Of a stretch of 64,000 nt of DNA, positions 18,194 to 28,777 are shown piece after piece. Positions within the stretch are counted from its first letter, which is position 1. Every line of letters starts with the position of its first letter. Position numbers and translations under genes: made by a program. This DNA comes from an uncultured Chlamydiae bacterium (GTDB lineage: Bacteria; Chlamydiota; Chlamydiia; Chlamydiales; JAJFMA01). The notes under the pieces are model-generated. The model was given only the letters and a program-made list of their open reading frames with translations, was not told the DNA's origin and did not search any database. The stretch spans positions 2,816,001 to 2,880,000 of the forward strand of contig CAVQMM010000001.1 of assembly GCA_963713615.1 (NCBI GenBank). Direction: 5' to 3'.

Positions 18194-19858
18194 ATGTTTG
18201 AAAAACCTACCGCCCAATATCCGCTAGGTCTCGAGCAAGCCGATGATGAGCTGAAAGGCGCTCTTTTGACCCGCAAAGGGGGCAAAGCCAAGATCCTGCG
18301 TCTCTTTACAGTGGCCATCGAGCAGCGTGAAGCTGCATTGCACCATCTCAATATCCTGCACTCGGTTAACCCAGCGCTACCTAGGGAACCCCTTCGACGT
18401 GCCCTCTATGTTACAGGTCTCTCCACACAGCAAACACTCATACGCACTCTTGATATCAAGCTCACCAAAGCAAGCGATATCGATGCCGTATTACCCTTTC
18501 AGTCAGAACCGCTAATCCCCTATCCCGTTGATCAGGCTGTTTTAGATAGAGTTGTACTCAGTCAGGACGAAAATGGATCACAACTAACCGTCTTTGCGGT
18601 ACGCAAAGACCATCTACAACAGCACTTAGATTTTTTTACCGATCTGAATATTGAGCCGGAATCGGTGAGTTGCTATCCAGCTGCCCTGGCAGCCTTCTCT
18701 AAAGAATATACGCAACTTCAAGAACCTCTATTTGTCGTGCATCTGGCAGCTAAAGAAATCACTATTTTATTGGTCGACGATGGTAAAGTTCTAGCAGGTC
18801 ACTCCGCAAATCAAGGAGTAGGTCAGCTAATTGATGCCGCAAACGCTTCAGCCATCAGCCTCGATGCTATCGATTTTAATGCTGTCATAGCAGATCCGCA
18901 GAATCCTATGACTCCCTTTGTTGAGGCTCTTCGCATAGAGCTGCAAAGAGCAATCTTCGCTCTTACCAAACAAGCTCGTGGACAGGAAATTGGTTCTATC
19001 TTGCTAACAGGAGACGGTGCCCCTATTGGCAATATAGGTGAATACCTCTGCTCTCATCTTCAAAAAACACTAGTTTTGCCTACAGCACCCTTTGACCCTG
19101 ACATTCCAACCTCAGCATTACAACGTTTTGCAGTACCCATAGGATTAGCTCTTGGCTGCCTACTTGATAGTAAAAATTGTATCAACTTCCGCCAAGGGGA
19201 ACTCGCCTATCCACATCCATGGAAACGTCTCAAACGCCCCCTAGCCGCTTATGTTGTCTGCTGTGTTCTTATTGCCATTCTCATCTTTGTCCAGGGACAC
19301 GAATCCCAAAACAGCTCCATACAAGATGCGCGCGCCCGCTACAAAGTTCTCTTGACCACATTGCGAGTGGACCACTCAACCTTCGAAGAAAAGGCCTTCG
19401 GAACAAAAGAAGCGGATGTGCGGCCTATTGATTCTTTAGACATTGAAGACCTGACTCAACGCATCGACTGGATAGAACAGGACATCCAAAATACTTCCTA
19501 TCTATTTCCTTTAAATCCCAATATCGCCAGAGTTGGCGATGTCTTAGCCTGGATATGTGATAGCCCTAAGGTGTACGCTATAGACCCAAAAACCAATGAA
19601 CGCATCGCGCATATTCAAATCGAAAACTTCAACTATAGCATGGTAAAACGGCCTGAGAAGACAAAGCAAAAAGAGCGCTATCAAGTGAGAATAGACCTGG
19701 AATTCTCTAGTAAAGAACCTAACTGGGCGCGCGAATTTAATGATATGTTGGTGGCCCCAAATGCCTTTGTAGACCCGCGAGGAGAGCTCAAGTGGAGCGC
19801 TGCGCAAGGTCGATATCGTGTCTCCTTCTTTTTGAAAGACAAGACCTTTTATCCATAG
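18194..19858 (+). CDS. PilM/GspL-like actin-fold protein with C-terminal TM and periplasmic domain (conserved chlamydial gene)
   Basis: LPFQSEPLIPYP, SILLTGDGA, FAVPIGLAL, INFR motifs typical of PilM/GspL cytoplasmic domains; start taken at ATG 18194. Confidence 0.65.
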   Translation: MFEKPTAQYPLGLEQADDELKGALLTRKGGKAKILRLFTVAIEQREAALHHLNILHSVNPALPREPLRRALYVTGLSTQQTLIRTLDIKLTKASDIDAVLPFQSEPLIPYPVDQAVLDRVVLSQDENGSQLTVFAVRKDHLQQHLDFFTDLNIEPESVSCYPAALAAFSKEYTQLQEPLFVVHLAAKEITILLVDDGKVLAGHSANQGVGQLIDAANASAISLDAIDFNAVIADPQNPMTPFVEALRIELQRAIFALTKQARGQEIGSILLTGDGAPIGNIGEYLCSHLQKTLVLPTAPFDPDIPTSALQRFAVPIGLALGCLLDSKNCINFRQGELAYPHPWKRLKRPLAAYVVCCVLIAILIFVQGHESQNSSIQDARARYKVLLTTLRVDHSTFEEKAFGTKEADVRPIDSLDIEDLTQRIDWIEQDIQNTSYLFPLNPNIARVGDVLAWICDSPKVYAIDPKTNERIAHIQIENFNYSMVKRPEKTKQKERYQVRIDLEFSSKEPNWAREFNDMLVAPNAFVDPRGELKWSAAQGRYRVSFFLKDKTFYP

Positions 19859-19868
19859 GAGTAAATCA

Positions 19869-20486
19869 ATGAGTGAAAGCATTACTCCGAATCGCATGAT
19901 CCTTTACATAGCCATTCTATTTCTGCTGCCTATCTTCTATGCCATCTATAGCACTAGGGCTTCTCAGACACGTGTAGACCGCTTGATATCGCGCATTGAC
20001 AATACTCAACAAACGGCCTATTTACATGAAAAAAAATTAGCACCTAACCGCGCTATCCTAGCGACTTATAGAGATGCCGATCGCTCGTACTTGGATAAAT
20101 ATGTCGAGAGTATCTCTCTCCTTCAGGCTGAAACCACAATGCTCCAGCAAGCCTTGAACAATCCTGTTGTGGCCCCTGACCCCTTCCTCATCAGTCGCAT
20201 GGAAGCTATTAAGAAAAACACGATACAGTTTTCCGAAGGAACCGCAGAACCCTATCCATTCTTTAAGGAAACCCCCGAAACGCTTGCACGTCCTGTAGAA
20301 GTCGATCTCAGCGATATTCGAAAAATTTTGAGTGAGGTGGAAGGTATCACCATCGGTTCCGATGAGCCTGGACCACACCGTCCCCAACTAATCATCACAG
20401 ACTATAAGCTAGAACGCAAAACAACTCCGCGGCAGGGTCAGTTGTACTCACTAACACTAAAGCTGATCAAGCGCGAATATTTCTAA
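19869..20486 (+). CDS. Conserved hypothetical bitopic membrane protein
   Basis: N-terminal TM; operonic between the PilM-like and MORN-like genes, as in chlamydial genomes. Confidence 0.7.
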   Translation: MSESITPNRMILYIAILFLLPIFYAIYSTRASQTRVDRLISRIDNTQQTAYLHEKKLAPNRAILATYRDADRSYLDKYVESISLLQAETTMLQQALNNPVVAPDPFLISRMEAIKKNTIQFSEGTAEPYPFFKETPETLARPVEVDLSDIRKILSEVEGITIGSDEPGPHRPQLIITDYKLERKTTPRQGQLYSLTLKLIKREYF

Positions 20487-20496
20487 GGTACCTCCT

Positions 20497-21804
20497 ATGA
20501 TTCGCTTCTCTCATGCACTCTTATCTCTCAGTTTATTTCTATTGTCCTTTCTGGGATGTTCTCGATGTCCCCAAACCTGCGAATATGAACCGCCATTAGC
20601 TTGTCTCACCTTCATTGACCGAGATGGCAGTACGATCACTATCCAAGCTAACGAGCGCCTAAAACAGTACGAGAATGTGGATTTTCTAGGGCCCCAGCCC
20701 TACGACAAGGTCATGCGTATCTACAAACGCGATAGCGACGGTAATATCTGTACCTTTATCACAAGCTATCACCCCAACGGACAGCTTAAACAGTACCTAG
20801 AAGTGCTTAACGGCGGAGCCTATGGAGCCTACCGAGAATGGCATGAGAATGGTACTCTTAAACTTGAAACCTACGTCATGGCTGGCACTGCAGATATCAC
20901 TCCTGAAGCCCAAAAAAATTGGCAATTCGATGGCAAAAGCCATATTTGGGATGACTGTGGTAATGTCCTTGCCTGCTTTAATTATTGCAAGGGAGCCCTT
21001 GAAGGCGAATCCTTTCATTATTATCCCGACGGACAAATCAAACTTCACACTTTTTATGTTCGAAACCTGAAGCAAGGCAAGGAAGAAATGTTCTTTGCAG
21101 ATGGCCAGCCAATGGCCTGTGCAAACTGGTCGGAGGGTGAATTAAGAGGCAAAGCAATGCGCTACTGGCCCTCTGGTAGTCTAGCATCAGAGGAAAATCA
21201 TGACGGCCCCTACCTGCTCGATGCTGAATACTTCACCCCAGAAGGTACCCTCCTTAGCAGCATCACTGACGGTAAGGGAACGCGCGCTATTTGGAATAAG
21301 CATTTTCTTAAAGAGCTTCAGGAGTTTAGTGACGGCGTTCAAGACGGTAAAGTCAAAGTCTTTGCTGACCGTGGCTATGTCAAAAATGTTTATCATGTGA
21401 AAAATGGAATGAAACATGGGGATGATTACCGCTATTATCCTCCTCCAACTGGCAACCCAGGAAAAGACCCGGATACCCTGCAGCCCCAGTTACTGATTAC
21501 ATGGCATGAGGGACAGATCCATGGATTCACCAAAACGTGGTATCCCGATGGTACATTGGAAAGCCAGCGAGAGATGTCCAGTAACCACAAAAGTGGTATT
21601 GCTACAGCTTGGTATAACGATGGCAACATCATGCTGATGGAAGAATATAATAAAGACAAGTTGATCCGAGGCGAGTACTTTAAGAAAGGCAACCGCAGAG
21701 CAGAAACGCGTATCGTCGACGGCGACGGCATCGCAAGCCTGTATGATAGTCATGGGCAGCTGCTGCGCAAAGTCAATTATTACCATGGTAATGTCCTGGA
21801 CTAA
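20497..21804 (+). CDS. Lipoprotein with MORN-variant/YwqK-like repeats
   Basis: Lipobox FLGC; repeated YHPNGQLK, WHENGTLK, YYPDGQIK, WYPDGTLE, WYNDGNIM. Confidence 0.8.
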   Translation: MIRFSHALLSLSLFLLSFLGCSRCPQTCEYEPPLACLTFIDRDGSTITIQANERLKQYENVDFLGPQPYDKVMRIYKRDSDGNICTFITSYHPNGQLKQYLEVLNGGAYGAYREWHENGTLKLETYVMAGTADITPEAQKNWQFDGKSHIWDDCGNVLACFNYCKGALEGESFHYYPDGQIKLHTFYVRNLKQGKEEMFFADGQPMACANWSEGELRGKAMRYWPSGSLASEENHDGPYLLDAEYFTPEGTLLSSITDGKGTRAIWNKHFLKELQEFSDGVQDGKVKVFADRGYVKNVYHVKNGMKHGDDYRYYPPPTGNPGKDPDTLQPQLLITWHEGQIHGFTKTWYPDGTLESQREMSSNHKSGIATAWYNDGNIMLMEEYNKDKLIRGEYFKKGNRRAETRIVDGDGIASLYDSHGQLLRKVNYYHGNVLD

Positions 21805-21812
21805 GCAAAATA

Positions 21813-22355
21813 GTGCACAAACACGACCTACGTCTGCAATTCACAAAAATTCGACACCAACTGCCAATACAAAGAAGGTTGGAAGCTGTCACATTCATCT
21901 ACAAGGAAATACTTCAATTTGCAGAACACCATCACTGGGTCATGTCGTACGCTTCCTTCGGGGATGAACTAGACACCACCCAGCTAAATGACTCCTTGGC
22001 ACAGATGGGAAAGCTCATTCTTCCAAAAGTAAATGAGAAACACAAACTCACGATATTCCACGTGGAACACACCCAAACACAACTGGTCCGCTCCAAATGG
22101 GGCATTCTAGAACCCAACCCAACCCTATGCAAAAAAATACCCACTACAGAACTTACATTAATCCTAGTGCCTGGTCTGGCTTTCGATGCGAATCATCATC
22201 GTCTTGGCTATGGCAAAGGAATCTATGACCGGTTTCTTTCAACTTTGCCAAAAATAGTCCATCGTCTTGGAATTGGTTTCAAAGAGCAACAACTCTCCTC
22301 TCCCTTACACAGCCTAGACCACGATATTGCTGTAGACGATCTATTGCTTGGATGA
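21813..22355 (+). CDS. ygfA: 5-formyltetrahydrofolate cyclo-ligase
   Basis: WGILEP, ILVPGLAFD, RLGYGKGIYDR, HDI motifs. Confidence 0.9.
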   Translation: MHKHDLRLQFTKIRHQLPIQRRLEAVTFIYKEILQFAEHHHWVMSYASFGDELDTTQLNDSLAQMGKLILPKVNEKHKLTIFHVEHTQTQLVRSKWGILEPNPTLCKKIPTTELTLILVPGLAFDANHHRLGYGKGIYDRFLSTLPKIVHRLGIGFKEQQLSSPLHSLDHDIAVDDLLLG

Positions 22356-22356
22356 C

Positions 22357-23595
22357 CTAGTGTCGTATAAAGCCACAACCTTCGCAGCGAGGTCCGATGC
22401 CATCATAAAGACCACGAGGAGCTCCGCAGCTTGAACAAGTCTCAGGGACTTCTTCAGTGACCTGCCCTACTTGATCTTTAGACAACCCGACTTGTTTTGT
22501 AGTCTGCCCGACTTGTTCTTTAGTCTGGCTTACTCGTTCTGCAGGGGGCTCTGCTTTCTTCGGTTTTTTGGGCGTAAGTAAGAACGCTCTAAAATGCCCT
22601 TTATGCTGACCAACACCAGTGATCTCACCACGATTGTTGATGGATGAGGCTATAAATAAATGCCATCCACTATCGCTATCAATCAGCTTATTCAAGTCCC
22701 ACATGCCATTTCTTTCATCCCATGTAAAAGCTCGCGGAAAATTGGGACCCTTAGCGACGCCGACGACCTGACCGACCTCATTGATATCATTAGCAATACT
22801 AACATCATCTCCGAGAGTTCCGAGGTCCTGCATGCCACCATCTTCTTTCCAAAGAAAGGCGTGGGTGTGCCCCTCTTCATTATGTGCATGGCCCACCACC
22901 CAGCCTTTATTGTTAATGGCACGGGCTCCTGAAAGATCCCCACCCAAAGTTCCTAGGTCTCGCATGCCTTTGTCATCATCCCACAAAAAAGCGTGGCTAC
23001 GGCCATCGCTTCTTCCTGAGCGTCCGACCACCTGATTGCTGCCGTTGACGGCTACTGCGGTGCTGCAATGGCCACCCAAGGTTCCGAGATCGCGAACAGG
23101 CTCTTTAGGTTTCCAGATGACAGCATGATGAGTCTCTTCATTCATGCTAGAGACCCCGACGATGACTCCTTCATCATTGATCCCTGAAGCAGCAGAAAAG
23201 GAACCATGAATCGCTGGCAACATGGTCATTCCATGAACCGGTGTCCAAAAGAAGGCGTGGATTGGTCTATCGCCAAGACGCGCTCGCCCAACCACAACCC
23301 CTTTTTGGTTTAAACTTTTTGCAGCACTAAAAACAGCATCAGCGACGGAGAGATCCTTCATTCCATCTTGCGGACTCCAAAGCATTGCTCGCGTTTGTTT
23401 TTCTGCGGGGAGCATCGAAAAGCCTACGATTTGCGTTTGGTCATTGATAGCTTTACCTGACGAAACGGTATCGGATCCGATGGTCCCTAAGTCGGTAATT
23501 TCATAGTGAATTTCAGCCGATAACGCGCAGAAGAGGCTCAAGGCCCCAGCTAAAAGCCAGCGATGAAACATTGTAGCCAACCGCAAACAACTCAT
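22357..23595 (-). CDS. Secreted HAF-repeat (beta-propeller-like) protein with Cys-rich C-terminal tail
   Basis: Signal peptide; repeated HAFLW...GMxDLGTLGG...A..IN..GQVVG; C-terminal CSSCG...CEGCG. Confidence 0.85.
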   Translation of the reverse strand: MSCLRLATMFHRWLLAGALSLFCALSAEIHYEITDLGTIGSDTVSSGKAINDQTQIVGFSMLPAEKQTRAMLWSPQDGMKDLSVADAVFSAAKSLNQKGVVVGRARLGDRPIHAFFWTPVHGMTMLPAIHGSFSAASGINDEGVIVGVSSMNEETHHAVIWKPKEPVRDLGTLGGHCSTAVAVNGSNQVVGRSGRSDGRSHAFLWDDDKGMRDLGTLGGDLSGARAINNKGWVVGHAHNEEGHTHAFLWKEDGGMQDLGTLGDDVSIANDINEVGQVVGVAKGPNFPRAFTWDERNGMWDLNKLIDSDSGWHLFIASSINNRGEITGVGQHKGHFRAFLLTPKKPKKAEPPAERVSQTKEQVGQTTKQVGLSKDQVGQVTEEVPETCSSCGAPRGLYDGIGPRCEGCGFIRH

Positions 23596-23742
23596 AATGA
23601 TTCCTTGTCAAGAAGCTATTTAGCATAGCCAACCGCAGCTTTTTCAACAACACAGCTAGAACCAAATTGGACCAATCGCTATTCTAGACGCCATACCACA
23701 ATTCAGATCTCATCAATGTTAACCAGGTAAGGAGAAGGGGCT

Positions 23743-24816
23743 ATGGCCGAATCAGAGCGCAAGGGCGATGCAGAACGTAAAAAGGCGTTAGAACTCGCCG
23801 TTAGTCACATTAAGAAGCAGTTCGGTGACGGGGCGATTATGTCCTTAGGTGCCAAGTCAGCAAATCGAATAGTGGACGTAATCAAAACAGGGGCTCTCTC
23901 CTTAGACATCGCTTTGGGCATCGGTGGATTGCCCCGAGGACGTGTTGTAGAGATCTATGGTCCAGAATCATCAGGTAAATCGACTTTAGCCTTACATGTC
24001 GTGGCTAACGCTCAAAAAAATGGTGGTTTGGCAGCATATATCGACGCTGAGCATGCCCTTGATCCCGCCTACGCCGCCAAAATCGGAGTTAATCTCGATG
24101 ACCTTTTGATCTCCCAGCCTGATTGTGGTGAGGAAGCCCTTAATATCGCCGAGATGCTAGCACGCTCCAATGCCGTCGATGTGATCGTCATCGACTCCGT
24201 CGCAGCATTAGTTCCAAAATCCGAACTTGAAGGTGAAATCGGTGATTCTTTTGTTGGCTTGCAAGCGCGTATGATGTCTCAGGCTTTGCGAAAACTAACC
24301 GCCACTCTATCCAAGAGTAATACCTGTGCTATCTTCATTAACCAAATCCGCGAAAAAATTGGCGTCATGTACGGCAGCCCAGAAACAACAACGGGTGGAC
24401 GGGCGCTAAAATTCTACGCCTCTATTCGCTTGGACATTCGACGCATCGGCGGCATCAAAGTTAATGACAGCGCCGACATTGGAAACCGAGTAAAGGTTAA
24501 AGTTGTCAAAAACAAAATGGCCGCTCCTTTCCAGGTCGCTGAATTTGACATTCTGTTTGATGAAGGTATTTCGCGTGCTGGTTCAGTCATTGACATGGGA
24601 ACAACGCTTGCTGTCATCGACAAGAAGGGCGCTTGGTTTAGCTTCAATGGACAGCGACTCGGGCAAGGCCGTGAAGCCGTGCGTGAAGAGCTCAAGAAGA
24701 ATCCCAAGCTGTTTGAAGAGATTGAAGGCAAGGTATTGGACCTCTGCCGCAAAACACCCCTCTCTAAAGCGGAACCCGAGCCACAACTTGCAGGGGCAAC
24801 AGCCGGAGCTGACTAA
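23743..24816 (+). CDS. recA: Recombinase A
   Basis: [49 protein letters not shown]. Confidence 0.99.
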   Translation: MAESERKGDAERKKALELAVSHIKKQFGDGAIMSLGAKSANRIVDVIKTGALSLDIALGIGGLPRGRVVEIYGPESSGKSTLALHVVANAQKNGGLAAYIDAEHALDPAYAAKIGVNLDDLLISQPDCGEEALNIAEMLARSNAVDVIVIDSVAALVPKSELEGEIGDSFVGLQARMMSQALRKLTATLSKSNTCAIFINQIREKIGVMYGSPETTTGGRALKFYASIRLDIRRIGGIKVNDSADIGNRVKVKVVKNKMAAPFQVAEFDILFDEGISRAGSVIDMGTTLAVIDKKGAWFSFNGQRLGQGREAVREELKKNPKLFEEIEGKVLDLCRKTPLSKAEPEPQLAGATAGAD

Positions 24817-24825
24817 CAACGTCGA

Positions 24826-24846
24826 GAGGGGGCTCCTAGCCCCCTC
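24826..24846 (+). terminator. Hairpin after recA, possible terminator
   Basis: GAGGGGGCT-CCT-AGCCCCCTC stem 10 nt after the stop; weak U-tract. Confidence 0.45.
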
Positions 24847-24975
24847 CATCCTTATAGGGATTCGGTGAAGGCTGTACGAGTGTAACCAACTCACCCTTAA
24901 CGAATTACAGTGAAACCGTTTCACACGACCGTCGCAAGGAACCCAAAGCGGTCGCAAGCGCCCGCACTCCAAAGC

Positions 24976-25259
24976 CATAGGCATCAACTTAAGCAACTAA
25001 CTGCGCCCTCACAATCGTATCTCGGCGCGCAGCGCTTTGGAGTGCGTGTCGCTCGCGACCGCTTTGGATTTGGGCGAGCCTATTGAATCGCGCACCGTTC
25101 TAAAGAGGCTGCACCCCCCACACACAGTTACCCCTAGAGAGAAGGGTTACGTTTCTTGCAATGCCAACTTCGCCCAAATCCAAAGCGGTCGCGAGCGACG
25201 CGCACTCCAAAGCGCTGCGCGCCTATTTACGAAGTTAGTTGCTTAAGTTGATGCCTATG
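24976..25259. mobile_element. MITE (284 bp) with 27-bp terminal inverted repeats and 10-bp target duplication
   Basis: IR CATAGGCATCAACTTAAGCAACTAACT at both ends; ACTCCAAAGC repeated at 24966-24975 and 25260-25269; no coding capacity. Confidence 0.85.
25008..25223. repeat. REP doublet (REPIN-like hairpin), family A
   Basis: GCGCGCAGCGCTTTGGAGTGCGTGTCGCTCGCGACCGCTTTGGATTTGGGCGA and its inverse bracket a ~95-bp spacer; near-identical to 47463-47646 joined to 49950-49993. Confidence 0.85.
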
Positions 25260-25304
25260 ACTCCAAAGCGCTGCGCGCCGAGAAACGATAGTGAAGACTT
25301 AGGT

Positions 25305-26168
25305 CTATGCATGTTTGTGCTCCAAAACATCAGCTAAGGCCAATAGCGCCGCTGAGTCTATTCCTAAAGCCCTAAGACAGCTTCGATAGCCATCCAATTC
25401 CTCTTGAAATTGACCATGTGCAGCCTCAACACCCATAGCGAGTGCCAAATTAACCCGGCACTCGTTGGCTATGTCCTGCTCTTTATCATCAAAGTCATCG
25501 GCAATCTGAAAGGCCATCCCATAATGCTTTGCTGCTGCTTTTACCCCAGTCAATTGCTCTGGATCCCCACCGCCATAGACCCACCCCAAAACAAACGCGA
25601 TCTCGAAAAGAGAAACCGTCTTTTTGCAAATCACCTCTTGCAAAGCTTCGGCTGTTATCTCCTTTGGAAAGAGGTCCAAGTATTGTCCACCAGAAGCTCC
25701 CTGGATCCCGGTATTCCAGGCCACGTTTTCAATAGCCATTAAACGCGCTTTGGCGTCGATAGAAGCATCCGCCTGGGTTAGGCAATGGTATCCTTCAGCA
25801 ATCAAAGCATAAGTCACCAGCAGGGCCACAGCTTCGCCATAGACCTTATGAACCGATGACTGTCCGCGACGTTCATTGTCATCGTCCATGCATGGCAAAT
25901 CGTCAGCAACTAGTGACGCCGTGTGAAAATATTCTATCGCTAAAGCTGCCGAAGAAACGTCGCAACCAAACCCAAGAGCTTCAGCGACTAGAAAGACCAA
26001 TGCCGGACGAAAGCGTTTGCCTCCACGGAGTGAGTAAGCACAAGCCTCAGTTAACGCCCCCTTGTCGCCCCGCTCCGCTAATGATGCTTCTATCCTGCCA
26101 TCGATGATTTCTTGGTAACGAGCGAGAAGGCTCAAATAGCTGTACTGTGGTGTCGTTGTCATGGCCAA
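25305..26168 (-). CDS. ispA: Geranyltranstransferase / polyprenyl diphosphate synthase
   Basis: GGKRFRP, HTASLVADDLPCMDDDNERRG, GGQYLDL, FQIADD. Confidence 0.9.
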   Translation of the reverse strand: MAMTTTPQYSYLSLLARYQEIIDGRIEASLAERGDKGALTEACAYSLRGGKRFRPALVFLVAEALGFGCDVSSAALAIEYFHTASLVADDLPCMDDDNERRGQSSVHKVYGEAVALLVTYALIAEGYHCLTQADASIDAKARLMAIENVAWNTGIQGASGGQYLDLFPKEITAEALQEVICKKTVSLFEIAFVLGWVYGGGDPEQLTGVKAAAKHYGMAFQIADDFDDKEQDIANECRVNLALAMGVEAAHGQFQEELDGYRSCLRALGIDSAALLALADVLEHKHA

Positions 26169-26173
26169 TTTCC

Positions 26174-26887
26174 CTACCGTTTTTTTATTAAAAAGGCATC
26201 TACACCATCGTAAGGCTCTATTGCAAGTGTGTACGGATTCATGATGCGATGCTTAGACGCCACCACTCCACTAACTCCGACGCAAGGGACGCAACAAACC
26301 TCACGGCCCAACAAGGTCCCGGGATTCAAGACGGTGTTGCATCCAATCTGGCAGCAATCCCCGATCACAGCGCCAAATTTCTTGAGCCCGGTCGGTATTC
26401 GCTGCTGTTCATGGCGTACGATAACCTGCTGCCTATCGAGACGCACGTTTGCACACTTTACGCCAGCACCAAGGTTCACATCGTTACCCAAAATGGAATC
26501 TCCAACATAGGCAAAATGGGCCGCATGAGCCCCATCGAGAAAAACCGCATGCTTGACCTCCGTCGTGTGACCAATCACACAGGCTCGTCCAGCAATGAAA
26601 TTACCGCGAATATATGCCCCCTGACGTATCTCACAGTTCTCTCCGATGATGCAAGGACCATGAATGTAACTGCCAGGTTCTATGCGGCAGCCCTTGCCGA
26701 TGGAAACCGTTTCTGGTTCGACAATTGTGACGCCTTCTGGAATTTCAGCCTCTATGCAACCGAGAGATTGTTGCTTTAAATAGTCCTTAAGGCGTAAAAG
26801 GGCTTCCCAAACGTGCTCACAATCGCTAAAAAGCGCTGCATGAGCAAAGGTCTCTAGATCGAAAAAGGTTGAGGGAGAAAAGTTCAT
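26174..26887 (-). CDS. GlmU-like hexapeptide-repeat acetyltransferase (LbH domain only)
   Basis: Hexapeptide repeats; HFAYVGDSILG, KKFGAVIGD; start taken at ATG 26887; adjacent to ispA as in chlamydiae. Confidence 0.8.
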   Translation of the reverse strand: MNFSPSTFFDLETFAHAALFSDCEHVWEALLRLKDYLKQQSLGCIEAEIPEGVTIVEPETVSIGKGCRIEPGSYIHGPCIIGENCEIRQGAYIRGNFIAGRACVIGHTTEVKHAVFLDGAHAAHFAYVGDSILGNDVNLGAGVKCANVRLDRQQVIVRHEQQRIPTGLKKFGAVIGDCCQIGCNTVLNPGTLLGREVCCVPCVGVSGVVASKHRIMNPYTLAIEPYDGVDAFLIKKR

Positions 26888-27292
26888 TGAATCACCACCT
26901 GCTTTTGCTTTTGGCAAGGTTGTACCGCGCCCACACAAATGTTTCAACACCTTTCTTCCTAAGAGATTATCTTCTTATAGATAGTATTCTTCGTACTCTT
27001 AGGCGGTGGAAATGTTCGCAGTCTAGGCGTCTATGCTAGAGATTTCCAATGTCTATAGCCTGTTGACTGACGCATCATAAGTCGAGAGTTATCAACAGAA
27101 GGTTGCCATTTGGATTTTTTGCGAACCGATATCGACAATCTGCTGACAGTGATCAATCGGACCAGTGAACACTCAACCAAAGCTTGAATTGTGTACCACC
27201 TCGGCAGATAAAGCCTCTTGCTCTTTATTTTCATTTTTGTTATAATTTTTTTAAATAATTGTGATTAAGTTAACTAACGGATGGTTTTATAT

Positions 27293-28693
27293 ATGAAAAA
27301 GTTTTACATTCATTTTGTTGCTCTTTTTGTTGGTCTTTTCCTCCCAGCCCTCGTTTTGGCTGCTCCGCTACAAGCAGGGGTAAAATCCGGTTTTCCGCTG
27401 TCGCAAAAGGATTTTCTTTTAAAAAACTATCATGAAATCGCAATTTCAACTGACCTAGAACCAGATGATGTGTTTGCTTTAGCTATCCTCTTTGAAGAGG
27501 CAAACCATATCTACCAAGAGTCTTTCGGCGAAAAATATCCAATAGATCTGATTATTGTAGGAGAGGGCAACACGACAATCAAGCGGATGAGATTGGAAAA
27601 ATTGCTCCAAGAACATTTCAATATTCCCCCCGGTGTAAGCATCGAGATCGTGGAAAGCAGAGCCACCGCAGACAATATTTTTACTTATGATGGTCTGGAA
27701 CTTTTCAAAAAAGAAGAGTTAGAAGGCATCCCTTTCCCTGATGATGATAACAATCAAGCCGTAGAGGCTCTTCAGGCGTGGATGGACCGAGCGGAAAAAC
27801 CGCTAATCATTCAGCTTCAGCCAGCCTATGAGCTTGTTCATCTTGATGCTGATCTCGCAAGCAAGACCTCTGTTCTATTTTACGGAAGCTTCAACCTTCG
27901 CAAAACCGCTCTGGATAGAGAGCTTCAAAACCACCCTGAACTTCCTTTTGGAGCCTTTCCCACGATCTCGGCTAAACTCGAGGCTTTAATGTCTCATTTT
28001 TCAAAGCGATTTTCCAAAATCGCTATTTTGGAGTCTTTTGGGGTCCTTGGAGAACAATCTAACGTATCTCAGGATTTTGAGTGGACACATCAGATTGGAC
28101 AAATGATTGTGATGACAGAGAATAAATTTCTTAAAACCTTCGCAAATCTAACATATAACTGGAATATCTACATGTTTAGTGAGGAGCTGATGGAATGCGA
28201 AAAAATCACGCTCAAATTGATCCAGGAAGAGACTGTTATCCAGGAAGAATCAGGTCTTAGAGCTCTTTTTGTAGACCTTCATGCTGATTTCGTTAAGGTT
28301 CGGAATGCGTTGTCCCAGGATCTTTTTCAATCGATGCATCGGCACGTCTTAGAGCACACATCTGAAATTGAGGCTAAGCTGAGTGAAGATTTGTTACCGC
28401 ATTGGAAAACACTCATTCGCAACCTCGATTTTGCTAAGAAGGTGAGTAGTGGACTCACCAGGAACGGCATTTCAGGAGTTCAGTTTACTCTTGCTGACGT
28501 CTTGGTAGCATTAGCAACAACCGATCATGCGGATCTTTTCCAGGCTGTGCCGATTAGGACTTCTTATAATGCTAGTGGATTTCTCGTGCCAACCATGGAT
28601 TTAGAATCCAATATCGTCCACTATCAACGAGTTGGTCAGAAAGAGGCAGCGTATGCGATCGAACGGTTTCTAAGCGGTAAAACTTATTATTGA
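27293..28693 (+). CDS. Secreted hypothetical protein with a nucleoside-hydrolase-like N-terminal acidic motif
   Basis: MKK signal peptide; ISTDLEPDDVFAL resembles the DxDxxxDD motif; C-terminal LADVLVAL. Confidence 0.55.
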   Translation: MKKFYIHFVALFVGLFLPALVLAAPLQAGVKSGFPLSQKDFLLKNYHEIAISTDLEPDDVFALAILFEEANHIYQESFGEKYPIDLIIVGEGNTTIKRMRLEKLLQEHFNIPPGVSIEIVESRATADNIFTYDGLELFKKEELEGIPFPDDDNNQAVEALQAWMDRAEKPLIIQLQPAYELVHLDADLASKTSVLFYGSFNLRKTALDRELQNHPELPFGAFPTISAKLEALMSHFSKRFSKIAILESFGVLGEQSNVSQDFEWTHQIGQMIVMTENKFLKTFANLTYNWNIYMFSEELMECEKITLKLIQEETVIQEESGLRALFVDLHADFVKVRNALSQDLFQSMHRHVLEHTSEIEAKLSEDLLPHWKTLIRNLDFAKKVSSGLTRNGISGVQFTLADVLVALATTDHADLFQAVPIRTSYNASGFLVPTMDLESNIVHYQRVGQKEAAYAIERFLSGKTYY

Positions 28694-28777
28694 GATCGTG
28701 TCGGTGTGTACGGGAGCCTGTCATCTATAAAGATCGACAGGCTCTCATCTTCAGCTTATTATGGTGCACTTTAATCA

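Noticed and set aside
25037..25246. Short ORFs over REP doublets (also 47414-47650, 47464-47739, 17391-17717)
   Set aside because: They coincide with palindromic repeats and are probably spurious.
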